A DNA stretch of 64,000 bases from Lysobacterales bacterium (GCA_022844135.1 JALHMG010000029.1:300-64299); one strand, 5' to 3'. Counted from the first letter of the stretch, positions 8,889-19,108 are shown. The notes: generated from the letters alone by a model not told the origin. Numbers and translations are program-made.

Positions 8889-11800
8889 CTACTCGAACCC
8901 GTTTCGGAACAGCCCGCGCAGGTCGGGACCGTCGGTGGCGACGTTCGACTGCAGGTCCGGGTCGGTGTACGGTGCCGGAAGGGTGGCCGAGACGAGCAGG
9001 CTTACGGGCGTCTCCGGTGTCGCGGCGACGGTGGCGGTGAGCACGAAGGTGACGCTGGAACCGGTGGGCAGGTCGATGGGCTCGATCAGCGCCAGTCCAT
9101 TGCCATTGGCAGCACAAACGCCGCCATTCTGGCTGGTGCAGGTCCAACTCGCCGCCGTGAAATCCGGGCCGAGCGTGCTGTCGAGGCGCACATCGGCGAC
9201 GCCCGAGGGACCGGTATTGCGGACCACAATCGTGTAGGTGGTTGGCATGCCGCCGGTGACGTAGCTGGTGCCGTTGGTTACAGTGACGACGACATCGGCC
9301 ACTGGCTGATCGGTCGGAATCACGCTGGCAGCCACGCTCGTGGCGCCGCTGCCAACCTCGTTGCGTGCGGTTACATGGCAGAGATAAAGCGTGCCGTTGG
9401 TCAACCCGATCACAGTCACTGGGGACGTCGCGCCCGTGGCTGTCACGCTGCCGGGCATGCACTGCACGGTGTAGTCCAGTATCGGCAGACCGCCGCTGTT
9501 AGTCGGCGGCGCGAACCGGAGGCTCGCCGACGCGTTTCCGGCGGCGGCACCGAGCAAACCGGGTGCGCCCGGTACGGTCGCTGGCGTGACGCTGGCCGAG
9601 GGCGCCGAGGGCAGGCTGTCGCCGATCGCATTGGTGGCGATGACGGTGCAGGTGACCGGTGTGCCGTTGGTGAGGCCGGTCACGACGAGCGGTGACGACG
9701 AGCCGCTCTGCGACTGCCATGCGCAGGTTGCGGTGTAGCCGGTGATCGCGCTGCCGCCGTTGTCGGTCGGCGGCACGAAGGCGACGCTCACCTGCGCGTT
9801 ACCGGGCGTAGCGACAACGCCGGTGGGCGCGCCGGGCACGGTTGCTGGTGTGACGCTGGCGGACGGTGCGGAAGCCGCGCTGTTGCCGATCGCATTGGTG
9901 GCGATCACGGTGCAGTTGACGGGCGTGCCGTTGCTGAGGCCGGTCACGACGAGCGGCGGGGCGGCGCCGCTCTGCGACTGCGATCCGCAGGTCGCCGTGT
10001 AGCCGGTGATCGCGCTGCCGCCGTTGTCGGTCGGCGGCACGAAGGCGATGCTGACCTGGGCGTTACCGGGCGTAGCGACAACGCCGGTGGGTGCGCCCGG
10101 CACGGTCCCCGGGGTGACGCTGGCGGACGGTGCGGAAGCCGCGCTGTTGCCGATCGCATTGGTGGCGATGACGGTGCAGGTCACCGCCGTGCCGTTGCTG
10201 AGGCCGGTCACGACCAGCGGCGACGCCGTGCCGTTCTGCGACTGCGAGCCGCAGGTGGCGGTGTAACCGGTGATTGCGCTGCCGCCGTTGCTGGTCGGCG
10301 CGACGAAGGCGACGCTGACCTGCGCGTTACCGGGCGTAGCGACCACGCCGGTGGGTGCGCCCGGCACGGTCGCCGGCGTCACGCTGGTCGAGGGCGCCGA
10401 CGGAGCGCTGTTGCCGATTGCATTCGTGGCGATCACGGTACAGGTGACCGGCGTGCCGTTGGTGAGGCCGGTCACGACCAGCGGCGAGGCGGCGCCGCTC
10501 TGCGACTGCGAGCCGCAGCTTGCGGTGTAACCGGTGATCGCGCTGCCGCCGTTGCTGGTCGGTGCGACAAAGGCCACGCTGACCTGGGCGTTGCCAGCCA
10601 CGACGCCGCTGATCGTCGGGGCACGCGGGACGGTGGTGCCGATGGTGATCTGGAAAGACTGGGTGGCACTGCCGGCGACATTGTTGCGGGCCCTGATGCT
10701 TCCGCCATAGGTGCCGAGCGCGGTCGGTGTACCGCTGATCACCGCGCCGTCCAGGGTCAGGCCGGGCGGCAGGGTGCCGGAGTCCAGCAGGAAACTCGCG
10801 GCCGGCAGGCCCGATGTGGTCAGCGTATGGCTGTAGGGCACGCCGAACAGACCGCCCGCGGGCGGGTCGCTCGTGTAGGCGGGCGCGCGTCCGCCGAGGC
10901 TGACAACGTGCCCCCCCAGTGTGTAAGAGTTAGCTGCGCCACCCAGGGTCGTGACCCCCACGATGGAATGGGTCGCTGTGCTGATGCGAGTGAATCGACG
11001 GCTGCCGAAGACATAGACCTCGCCGCCATCGGCGGACACGTCGACGCCCTGCACGCTGGAACCCGATACCGGTACCGTCGCCAGCACGGTGAGCGTGGCG
11101 GCATCGATCACCGCAAGCTGCGGGCTGGACTCGCTGACCACGTACACACGCCGGCTGTCTCGACTCACGACGACCCCTCTTCGGCCCGCGGCCGGGACGG
11201 CAACGTTGCCCACGACGCTCAGGCTCTCGACGTCGATCACGGTTATGCGATCGTTGAGCCGTTGGGGTGCATAGACGCGCCGTCCGTCTGGGCTGATGGC
11301 TAAAAACCTCATATCCGAGACGGCAATATCGGCGATCACCCGCTGCGCGGCGGTGTCGATCACCTTGATGGACGAGCCGCCAGTCACAAACAACCGCGAC
11401 CCGTCTGGCGTGATGGCCAAAGCAAAGGGTGCGACGAAACCGCCGATGGTCGCGATCACGGTGTTGCTGGCCGCATCAAGAACCGCTACGCCATTCCCTG
11501 TTGTGACGTAGACCCGCGTGCTGTCGGGCGATACCACGGCGCCTTGGGTCCAACTGCCCATCTCGACGCGTGCGATGGGCGCGCGAGTCAGGGTGTCGAT
11601 CACGTGGAGGCTCCCTTCGTAACTGGGCAGATACACGCGCGCGCCGTCGGGGCTTACGGCGGCGATACCATCGGGCGCGTTCGGCAGGGCGATGCTCTGC
11701 ACGACCGCGCCGGTGCTGAGATCCACGACCGCGACCGAGGCTGGATCGGAAATCGGAACGTACGCGAAGGCGCCTGGCAGCCCGGGCGTGACCGTGTTGG

Positions 11801-14453
11801 AAGCCGCCGAAGGCAGCCCGGTCGCAGTCACGGTGCAGTTCACCGGCGCGCCGTTGATCAGGCCGATCACCGAAATCGGCGATGCGCTGCCACTGGCACT
11901 GCGTGCGCCGCAGGTCGCGGTGTATTGGGTGGGTGGCAGGGTCACGTTGTTCGGGGGCACATTGAACGAAACGTGCACCTGGCCGTTTCCTGCCGTCGCG
12001 GTCACGCCGGTGGGCGTCGCCACTTGCAGTTCCAGGGCGCCCATGTCGCTGCCATTGCCGCCGCTGGCATTGGCCAGGTGCGAGAAGTCGATCGGGCGCG
12101 GCAGCCCGCGGCCATCGACCGCGCTCCCCGGGCCCGCGGCGTCGATGATCGGGCTGTCGCTGAGTGGCGCATGGGTCCGGGAATGGCCACCGTTGTCGGC
12201 CAAGGGCGCGAGGCGCGCCGGTACGCCCAGCAAGTTGCCGACCAGGCTGGGCGAGTTCGGTCTGAAGCTGGTGGCGAAGGGGTCGCCGATCAGGTTGTAG
12301 CCGAAGGACGTGAAGTTGCCGCCCGCATCCGGTGCCTGGGCCACCGTGCGTGTATTGTCGGCGATCACGCTGCCGCGCAGGTTGACGATGGCATCGAACT
12401 CGGCGGCGATGCCGCCGTTGAACTGGGCCGTATTCAAGGTCACGGTGGCGTGCGTCAGCGTGGTGGTGCCGGTGCCGCCCAGGTACATCGCGCCGCCGTT
12501 GTCGCCCGTGTTGCCGCTGAAGGTGGTGTGGGTCAGTGTTGCGCTGCCGTAGCTGTTGAGACCGCCGCCGATCGTGGCCCGGTTGCCGCTCAGGCTCACG
12601 CGATCCAGCACCAAGGTGGCGCCGCTGGGATTGCCGATGCCGCCGCCCGGGCCGGTGGCGATGTGGTTCTCGATACGGCTGTCGCGAATGGTGGCTGTCT
12701 TGCCAGGCTCGTTGAACAGGCCAGCGGAGTAATTGGCCCGGCAGCCCGACAAACGGCTGCGCGTGAGGGCAAGGGTGCCGTTGTTGTGGATGCAGCCGCC
12801 GCCGTTCGCCTGGCTGTCGTCGACCTGGATCTCGTTGGCATTGAGGGTGCCCAGATTGACCAGGATGGCACCACCGCCGAGGTTGGGCCCGGGATTGCCA
12901 CGGGTGAAGCGCATGCCGCTCAGGTGCAGCGTGGCCGGCGCGTCGACGTTGAGGTGGCGGCGTTGGTTGTTGGCGTCGAGCGTGAGCAGCCCGGCGCGCG
13001 GACCGAGGATCGTCAGCGTCTTGTTTACCACCAGCGTGCTGCCCAGCGTGATCGTCTGCGGATGATCGAAAAGGGGCCGCGCGAAGCTGATGACATCCCC
13101 GGGCATCGCATCGGCAATCGCCTGACGCAGGCTGCCGGCACCGCTGTCCTGTGCGTTGGTCACGACCACCGACCCCAGTTCGTAGGCGCCGATGTCAACG
13201 GCGCCGCCACGGCTGCGGGCGAAGCCGGCACCGCGCTGGTCGTTGGCCAGTCCCACACCCGGAAAGTCGCCGCAGCCGCTGGTGTTGAGGACGCATCCGG
13301 AACCCGCATCACGGGCAGGACTGTCCAGGTTCAAGGCAAGGGTCCGCGTGGCGCCGCCGTTGTCGGCCAGCGGGCCAACGCGTGGATCGGTGTTGTAGAT
13401 GTCGGTACCGGAAAGGTTGCCCTCGACATTGGCACCAACCCGGCTGCGGATCAGGTTGTGGCCGAGCGAGTAGATGCGGCCGAAGATGTCCGGGCTGGCG
13501 CCGGTGTTGTTGGCAATGATGGTGTTGACGACCTGGGTGTCGGAGGACGGATAGACATGCAGTCCGCCACCCTTGACGCCCGAATTGCCGACGATGGTGC
13601 TGTTGGCGATGCGCACCGGACCACCCAGCAGAAGAGCGCCACTCTCGGTGCTCTGGAAGGTGCGGTTGCCCACGAACGTCGAGTTCTCGATCCACAACGG
13701 TGCGCCGGACTGGATCGCCGCGGCGTACAACGATTCGTTGCCCTCGAACAGGGAGCCGCGGACCCGGAGTTCGCCGTCGGCCTTGATGGCCCCGAACTGG
13801 CCCAAGGTTCGCCCCGGCCCTGTCGGGTCAAGTACCCCGTTGCCGCGGAACACTGAGTCGGTGATCAGCAGTCGGCTGGGGAACTGCGGAGTGCCGACAC
13901 CCACGTGGATGCCTCCGGCACTGGAGGGGCCGTAGTTGCCCTCGAACAGCGTGCGGACGATCGTGACTTCACGAGCGCGAGTGTGGATCGCGCCGCCCGA
14001 GCCGCCCGAGCGATTGAAGCGAAACTGGGAATCCTGGATCAGCAACGCATGGCCCGGGCCGATGGCGATGGCGCCGCCGTCCGAGCCCGAAAACAGGTTC
14101 TCAAAGATCGCATTGCGGATCACGACCTCCAGAATGGTGTTGTTGTCGATGACCAGTCTCGGCAAGCGCGCGCCCGCGGCGTCGATGGTCACGCTTCGGG
14201 TGATTCCGGCACTGTCCACCGCGGTTGTTGCCACGGCGAATACGATGGTGTCGCCCGCCGGGGCGAGCCGGCTGATCGCACCCGGAAAGCTGCAATCGGC
14301 CGGCGCCGAAGTGCAGGCATTGAGCGCCGGATCCGCCGAGGTGCTGTCGACGGTCCACGTGGCGGCATGTGTCGTGCCGATGGCGAATGCGAGCAGCAGG
14401 AAGAGCGTATGTGCGATGAGGCGCGTTGAAACGCGGACAGTGACGTTGGACAT
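8889..14453 (-). CDS. Large (~1854 aa) secreted surface protein: two beta-helix/choice-of-anchor Q modules, FN3, YVTN beta-propeller, Ig-like, tandem FN3, DUF11, LFRNGFE tail
   Basis: GGAG RBS before ATG 14453 and a signal peptide. CSLREA-like CSFPGAI, two LADNGG..T...DIGAYE/DMGALE blocks, SPDGxRVY repeats, GNAQVSVAF repeats, TYTIVVRNTGP. The ORF-track extension to 15011 overlaps the kinase and is rejected. Confidence 0.9.
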   Translation of the reverse strand: MSNVTVRVSTRLIAHTLFLLLAFAIGTTHAATWTVDSTSADPALNACTSAPADCSFPGAISRLAPAGDTIVFAVATTAVDSAGITRSVTIDAAGARLPRLVIDNNTILEVVIRNAIFENLFSGSDGGAIAIGPGHALLIQDSQFRFNRSGGSGGAIHTRAREVTIVRTLFEGNYGPSSAGGIHVGVGTPQFPSRLLITDSVFRGNGVLDPTGPGRTLGQFGAIKADGELRVRGSLFEGNESLYAAAIQSGAPLWIENSTFVGNRTFQSTESGALLLGGPVRIANSTIVGNSGVKGGGLHVYPSSDTQVVNTIIANNTGASPDIFGRIYSLGHNLIRSRVGANVEGNLSGTDIYNTDPRVGPLADNGGATRTLALNLDSPARDAGSGCVLNTSGCGDFPGVGLANDQRGAGFARSRGGAVDIGAYELGSVVVTNAQDSGAGSLRQAIADAMPGDVISFARPLFDHPQTITLGSTLVVNKTLTILGPRAGLLTLDANNQRRHLNVDAPATLHLSGMRFTRGNPGPNLGGGAILVNLGTLNANEIQVDDSQANGGGCIHNNGTLALTRSRLSGCRANYSAGLFNEPGKTATIRDSRIENHIATGPGGGIGNPSGATLVLDRVSLSGNRATIGGGLNSYGSATLTHTTFSGNTGDNGGAMYLGGTGTTTLTHATVTLNTAQFNGGIAAEFDAIVNLRGSVIADNTRTVAQAPDAGGNFTSFGYNLIGDPFATSFRPNSPSLVGNLLGVPARLAPLADNGGHSRTHAPLSDSPIIDAAGPGSAVDGRGLPRPIDFSHLANASGGNGSDMGALELQVATPTGVTATAGNGQVHVSFNVPPNNVTLPPTQYTATCGARSASGSASPISVIGLINGAPVNCTVTATGLPSAASNTVTPGLPGAFAYVPISDPASVAVVDLSTGAVVQSIALPNAPDGIAAVSPDGARVYLPSYEGSLHVIDTLTRAPIARVEMGSWTQGAVVSPDSTRVYVTTGNGVAVLDAASNTVIATIGGFVAPFALAITPDGSRLFVTGGSSIKVIDTAAQRVIADIAVSDMRFLAISPDGRRVYAPQRLNDRITVIDVESLSVVGNVAVPAAGRRGVVVSRDSRRVYVVSESSPQLAVIDAATLTVLATVPVSGSSVQGVDVSADGGEVYVFGSRRFTRISTATHSIVGVTTLGGAANSYTLGGHVVSLGGRAPAYTSDPPAGGLFGVPYSHTLTTSGLPAASFLLDSGTLPPGLTLDGAVISGTPTALGTYGGSIRARNNVAGSATQSFQITIGTTVPRAPTISGVVAGNAQVSVAFVAPTSNGGSAITGYTASCGSQSQSGAASPLVVTGLTNGTPVTCTVIATNAIGNSAPSAPSTSVTPATVPGAPTGVVATPGNAQVSVAFVAPTSNGGSAITGYTATCGSQSQNGTASPLVVTGLSNGTAVTCTVIATNAIGNSAASAPSASVTPGTVPGAPTGVVATPGNAQVSIAFVPPTDNGGSAITGYTATCGSQSQSGAAPPLVVTGLSNGTPVNCTVIATNAIGNSAASAPSASVTPATVPGAPTGVVATPGNAQVSVAFVPPTDNGGSAITGYTATCAWQSQSGSSSPLVVTGLTNGTPVTCTVIATNAIGDSLPSAPSASVTPATVPGAPGLLGAAAGNASASLRFAPPTNSGGLPILDYTVQCMPGSVTATGATSPVTVIGLTNGTLYLCHVTARNEVGSGATSVAASVIPTDQPVADVVVTVTNGTSYVTGGMPTTYTIVVRNTGPSGVADVRLDSTLGPDFTAASWTCTSQNGGVCAANGNGLALIEPIDLPTGSSVTFVLTATVAATPETPVSLLVSATLPAPYTDPDLQSNVATDGPDLRGLFRNGFE
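9570..10635 (-). repeat. Four near-identical 264-bp (88-aa) FN3-coding tandem repeats
   Basis: The TVPGAP/TVPRAP boundary recurs at about 9567, 9831, 10095, 10359 and 10623. Antisense ORFs at 9742/10006/10270 show the same 264-bp period. Confidence 0.9.
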
Positions 14454-14495
14454 CGTGGGGCTCCGGCAATCCGGGCCGCGCAATACGGCCCATGC

Positions 14496-14530
14496 TGGAG
14501 CTAGCGAATTGGGAAGGGCAGAACTGTCAT
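14496..14530 (-). promoter_or_regulatory. Putative ECF promoter, class 1 (TGACAGT-N16-CGCTAG), upstream of the large surface protein
   Basis: Minus strand ATGACAGTT-CTGCCCTTCC-CAATTCGCTAGCTCCA matches 17365-17399 at both ends with identical spacing. Confidence 0.7.
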
Positions 14531-17244
14531 CGCGTCTGCAGGCGGGCGATCCGGGCTCGCCACGGCGAGTCGGCGACGATGCGGCCATCGATGTCGTCGA
14601 GGATCTGGCTGGCCAGCACCTGCGCTCCCGTCCTTCCCTGCGCGCCACCGCGCCGCGCCAGCCATTCGGCGCGGTCCAGTCTGGCCAGCGCCACGCGCGG
14701 ATCGCCGGCACTGACGGCCTCCTTCCAGGCTGCCTCAGCGGCAAGGAACGCATCGACGATGGCTGCCTCGTCATCGCCATCCGACCGCAGCAGCGCGCGC
14801 ACCTGAAGACGATGGGCATGCGTGGGCGTCGCCACGTCGAGCTTGGTGTCCTCGGCCAGGGCCAGCATCCGGTCTGCCTCTGCCCGCCGGCCAAAGCGCC
14901 AGTCAGCTTCCGCCAGCAGCACCCGCGTCTGTGCCAGGTCGACTGGACTTCCGGGTTGCTGTGCCGCCAGCACGCGCTCGGCCGATGCCAGCACGCGACT
15001 CGCCTCGGCATACGAAGTCATCGCCAGCAGCACTTGGCCGTGGTTGGTGCGCGCATTGGCGATGGCGGGGCTGCCCTCGCCCCAGGCGCGAGTCAGCGTC
15101 GCCAGTGCGCGCCGAAAGCTGCTGTCGGCCGCCTCCAGCGCTCCCGCTCGGAATTGGCTGCGCCCTTGGTTCTGAAGCAGCACCGCATGGTGCAGCGTGT
15201 CGGCGCCGAATTTGCGCTCCGCGAGCGCGACGGCTTCCGCGTACAGGGGCAGTGCCTCTTTACTGCGGCCGTCCGCATCGAGCACTGCGCCCAGCTCCGA
15301 CAGCCGCCAGGGCGTGTTGACATCATCCGCGCCGTGCAGCGCACGACGCCGTTCCAGTGCGTCCCGCAAGAGCGATTCCGCCGCTGGCAATTGCTTGCGC
15401 GCGACCAGCACGCGGGCCAGCACTTCCTGTGCATTGACCGTTTCGACACTGTGTTCGTCGTGAGCACGGAAAAGTGCATAGCTGCGACGCAGGTGTCGCT
15501 CCGCCTCGTCCAATTCACCCAACAGGTGCAACCCGCCACCCAGATCGAGCAGTGCAAAGGCGAGATCGGTCGCGTTCGGACCGTTGCTCTCCGCGTCGGC
15601 TAACGCCGACCGTAATAACGCCAGTCCTTCGGCAGACTGCGGCGTGTTCAACAGAGTCTGGCCGAGCAGTCGCATGGCCTGTTGTCGCTCGCCGGCCGGA
15701 GCATCCGGGCCCAGCGCCTGGTACAAGGCGAGCGCCTCGCGGGCGTGCGTCAAGGCTGCGTCGGTGGCGCCGTTCTGGCGTACGTGGCCTGCCAGCCGCA
15801 GCGCACTGCGTGCCAGCGGCAACGGGCGTCCCAAGGTGCGCTCGATCGCCACCGCGCGTTCGAAGCTGTTCTGCGCCGCCTCGGGAATCCGCAACTGCGT
15901 TTGGACGTTTGCCAGCGTGGTGTACAACTCCGCCTGCATTGCCGGCTGCCCGGCGAGCTCAGTTTCGATGCGCGCCAGCGCCTGTTCGACCAGCTGGCTG
16001 ACAGGCACTTCCGCGCCGCCAGCGTCTGGATTGGCGCCGTCCAGTATCGAGACCACGAAATCGCTGACCTGGCGGGCTGCCTGCTCGGCCGCCGTTGCGC
16101 GATCGCGTTCGGCGAGCGCCCTTTGTTCGGCGGCCAGCGCGCGATCGCGGTCACGCGCCAGTTGCACCGTGAAGCCGATGACGACCAACGCGAACAGGGC
16201 CGAGGTCAACGCCCATGGCCACCGGCGTTGCAACCATTTGCGGGTGCGATAGCCGACGTGCGCTGGAACGGCCTGCAGCGGCAAGTGCTCTAAATAGCGC
16301 TGCAGGTCTGCGCCGAGCGCGGCGATCGATTCATATCGTGCCGAGGACTCGGTGGCCGTCGCCCGCGCCACGATGGCGCGCAATTCGTGGTCGATAGCGA
16401 TGCCGGACTGCAGCGCCAGATGTTCGATCAGTCGCCCGAGGCTGTAGACGTCTGTGCTGGTACTGATGGCGCCGCCCGATTGCTGTTCGGGGCTGGCGAA
16501 TCCCGGCGTGAAGGCGCGCGCCCGTTGTGAGGTTGAGGAGGCGGGCCCGCGGGCGGCATCGCCGAGCACGCGGGCGATACCGAAATCGAGCAGAAACGGA
16601 TGCCCATCGGCTCGCACCAGAACATTGCTGGGTTTGAGATCGCAGTGGACCACAAGCCGTGTATGGGCGTAGGCCACCGCTCCACAGATCGGCAGCATCA
16701 AGCGCAACAGCGCCCGCGCGTCTGGACGCCGTTCGCGACACCAGCGGTCGATCGGCATGCCTTCCAGATATTCCATCACCAGGAACGGCTGCCCTTGTGG
16801 TGTGGTGCCGCCATCCAGCAAGCGTGCGATGTTCGGGTGTGCGAGGCCGGCCAGTATCTGGCGTTCCCGGGCCAGGTATTCCAGAGCCGCCGCGCTCGGC
16901 AGCCCACGCAACACCTTGACGGCCGCATCTTGCTCGAAATGTCCATCGCTGCGGCGCGCTGCGTAAACCGTGCCCATGCCGCCTTCGCCGATTTTGTGCG
17001 CCACCGTCCAGGCGCCGAGCTGGGTTTGAGGCGCTGGTGTGTCGGAGGCCAAGGCGCCCATCAATGCCATCACCGGCGCATTGACGTCCTGTGTGGTCGG
17101 AGACAGCGACAACATCGAACGCACCAGGGCGAGCAGCTCCGGGGCCGCGTCGCTGGCGGCGAGCGCACGTTCCTGTTCGGCCGGATCGAGATCGACCAAC
17201 GCGTCGTACAGCGCGCGAACTCGCCCGTACGCCTCAAGGTTCAC
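14527..17244 (-). CDS. Hanks-type Ser/Thr protein kinase with TM helix and C-terminal TPR repeats
   Basis: GEGGMGTVY, AVK, HCDLKPSN (non-RD), DFG, ASPEQ. TM WPWALTSALFALVVIGFTV followed by TPR-like helices. GGAGG RBS before GTG. Confidence 0.92.
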   Translation of the reverse strand: MNLEAYGRVRALYDALVDLDPAEQERALAASDAAPELLALVRSMLSLSPTTQDVNAPVMALMGALASDTPAPQTQLGAWTVAHKIGEGGMGTVYAARRSDGHFEQDAAVKVLRGLPSAAALEYLARERQILAGLAHPNIARLLDGGTTPQGQPFLVMEYLEGMPIDRWCRERRPDARALLRLMLPICGAVAYAHTRLVVHCDLKPSNVLVRADGHPFLLDFGIARVLGDAARGPASSTSQRARAFTPGFASPEQQSGGAISTSTDVYSLGRLIEHLALQSGIAIDHELRAIVARATATESSARYESIAALGADLQRYLEHLPLQAVPAHVGYRTRKWLQRRWPWALTSALFALVVIGFTVQLARDRDRALAAEQRALAERDRATAAEQAARQVSDFVVSILDGANPDAGGAEVPVSQLVEQALARIETELAGQPAMQAELYTTLANVQTQLRIPEAAQNSFERAVAIERTLGRPLPLARSALRLAGHVRQNGATDAALTHAREALALYQALGPDAPAGERQQAMRLLGQTLLNTPQSAEGLALLRSALADAESNGPNATDLAFALLDLGGGLHLLGELDEAERHLRRSYALFRAHDEHSVETVNAQEVLARVLVARKQLPAAESLLRDALERRRALHGADDVNTPWRLSELGAVLDADGRSKEALPLYAEAVALAERKFGADTLHHAVLLQNQGRSQFRAGALEAADSSFRRALATLTRAWGEGSPAIANARTNHGQVLLAMTSYAEASRVLASAERVLAAQQPGSPVDLAQTRVLLAEADWRFGRRAEADRMLALAEDTKLDVATPTHAHRLQVRALLRSDGDDEAAIVDAFLAAEAAWKEAVSAGDPRVALARLDRAEWLARRGGAQGRTGAQVLASQILDDIDGRIVADSPWRARIARLQTR

Positions 17245-17329
17245 GACGCCTCCTTAACAACATTGGCGACGCGGCGTTGCGCCAACAGGCGCGAAGACTG
17301 GCCGATTCGTTTTTTGCCTGCGGGCTCAT
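17234..17329 (-). CDS. Possible 31-aa leader ORF overlapping the kinase start
   Basis: AAGGAG 5 nt before ATG 17329; translates as MSPQAKNESASLRACWRNAASPMLLRRRREP. Its stop falls just inside the kinase gene. Confidence 0.3.
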   Translation of the reverse strand: MSPQAKNESASLRACWRNAASPMLLRRRREP

Positions 17330-17364
17330 CCTGGCTCCTTCGCCGTCTCCACATCGGTCCGTGA

Positions 17365-17399
17365 TGAAGCTAGCGGATTGCCGAACGGGAAACTGTCAT
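17365..17399 (-). promoter_or_regulatory. Putative ECF promoter, class 1 (TGACAGT-N16-CGCTAG), upstream of the kinase
   Basis: Minus strand ATGACAGTT-TCCCGTTCGG-CAATCCGCTAGCTTCA; twin of 14496-14530. Confidence 0.7.
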
Positions 17400-17520
17400 G
17401 GCTGGGTCAACTCGTTGCGCGCGGGAGCGATGCGCAACGATGTCGGTGCTTGCGTGGCCGGCCTTGTGCGTGTCCGCGCCAGGGTCGGCGCGGACGCATC
17501 GGTCAATGCCATCGACGAAG

Positions 17521-18087
17521 TCAGCCTTGGCGCAGGTGCTGCTGCACCCAGACGCGTGCGAAACGCAAGTCGCGATCGACCGTCGCCAGCGACAGCTTCA
17601 GCACATCTGCAATTTGCTGCCGGTCCAGGCCGGCGAAGCAATTCAGGTGCAACACATCGGCGCAGCGCGGGTCCAGCGCCGCCAGTTGCGCCAGACTCTG
17701 ATCGAGCGCTACGACATCAGCGACGATCGATTCCTCGCCGCCAATCGCTTCCGACATACTCACCTGGATGTCGCCGCTGCCGCGTTTGGCCGCCTGCCGG
17801 GCGCGGGCGTGATCGACCAGCGCCGAGCGGATGTACAGCGACATGCCCGCATAGAAATGCTCACGGTTCATGAACGCCACGTCGCCGACTGCGATTCGCA
17901 GATACGCTTCGTGCAGCAGGGCGGTGGGCGAAAGCGTGCCTGGCCAGTCGGCTTGCCGCAGGCGCTGCGACGCTATGAGCTTCAGCTCGTCATAGGCGAG
18001 CTCAAAGGCTGCCGCTACAGCATCCTTCTCGCCATCACGCCAGGACTGCAATAGCTGAGTCAGTTCGACATGCGCCGGCGAGGCCAT
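17521..18087 (-). CDS. ECF sigma factor, TIGR02999/ECF43-like (kinase-associated)
   Basis: ELTQLLQSWRDG, AYDELKLIA, TLSPTALLHEAYLR, LVDHARARQAAKRG, TVDRDLRFARVW. Adjacent to a Ser/Thr kinase. Confidence 0.9.
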   Translation of the reverse strand: MASPAHVELTQLLQSWRDGEKDAVAAAFELAYDELKLIASQRLRQADWPGTLSPTALLHEAYLRIAVGDVAFMNREHFYAGMSLYIRSALVDHARARQAAKRGSGDIQVSMSEAIGGEESIVADVVALDQSLAQLAALDPRCADVLHLNCFAGLDRQQIADVLKLSLATVDRDLRFARVWVQQHLRQG

Positions 18088-18289
18088 CGGCAAGGTTCAA
18101 GCACAATTCGGATTCGACGAATGTTCGACGCTATCGCAGGCCAGGGCAAGAGCTGCCGCGTCGTCGGCAGGATCAGCCGACAGTGCTTCGTTGGGACTGA
18201 TCGGCACGGCCATCGATTCGACACGGCTCAGATTTTTGGCGGCCCGTGGCGCATACAATTCAAGCTGATGCCTATCAATGGGAAACCCG

Positions 18290-18772
18290 ATGCGTATGAA
18301 CCCTCGATTCAACCGTCACCGCTATCTTCATCTTGCCGCGCTGATGGTCGCGCTGTGCGTCGCGATGCCGGTCCTTTCCCATGAGGTTATTCCCGAGCAC
18401 GAGGCGGCGGCGGCGCAGCGCCTCAAGGCCGATGGCCCCACCGAGACCGTCGGCGTCGATAAGGTCACGCCGCTTGGCAGCGTATCGCTGGATGGCGAGA
18501 TTTCGGGAGCGGAAGGCAAAGTGCTGCGCGCCCGCGAGTTCGTGCTTGCGCCTGGAGCGACGATCGCAGTACATGAGCACCAGCAGCGTCCAGGGTTGGC
18601 TTACATCCTGGAAGGCGAACTGGTCGAACACCGCAACGACCACCAGGGCCCCATTGTGCGCGGCGTTGGCGCGGTCGCGTTCGAGCGCAGCGGCCTGGTC
18701 CATTACTGGAAGAACGAATCCGGCCGATCCGTGCGTGCATTGGTGGTGGACATTGTCGACACCGGGTCGTAG
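18290..18772 (+). CDS. Secreted cupin-domain protein
   Basis: Signal peptide, LAPGATIAVHEHQQRPGLAYILEGEL, HYWKN. Confidence 0.8.
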   Translation: MRMNPRFNRHRYLHLAALMVALCVAMPVLSHEVIPEHEAAAAQRLKADGPTETVGVDKVTPLGSVSLDGEISGAEGKVLRAREFVLAPGATIAVHEHQQRPGLAYILEGELVEHRNDHQGPIVRGVGAVAFERSGLVHYWKNESGRSVRALVVDIVDTGS

Positions 18773-19108
18773 ACGCCGCATCGCTTATCAACCTGGTGCT
18801 TTTCCTCAACGCGTGTTTCGGCGCGAATCCGGCGAAATAGACGTTGGTGAGTGCGCTTGCGACTGGCGCTCGGTTGTCGTGGGATGTCGCGTGGCTGCGC
18901 GATGGCAGGCAAGAGGTCGCGCCAGTGCTCGATATAGAACGGTGGCCCAGCGCGCGAGCAAGCGCCGGTTCCGGTTCTCGTCTGGCTTGTGAGTCACGGA
19001 CCGCGCTCAATCAACTCGCGGACCCGGCCTGCCGCACGCGCCTACCGATACGGCGCAGACCGGCGCGGCGGGCATGCGCCGGTGCTTGAGATCGGCGATA
19101 GTCCGCAG

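Noticed and set aside
11544-13856. Long antisense ORFs (also 24046-26205, 49610-51937, 27043-28668)
   Set aside because: These are shadow frames of high-GC genes on the opposite strand, with no motifs.
14454-15011. N-terminal extension of the 2040-aa ORF in the track
   Set aside because: It overlaps the kinase gene in another frame and is Arg/Trp-rich noise. The RBS and signal peptide point to ATG 14453.
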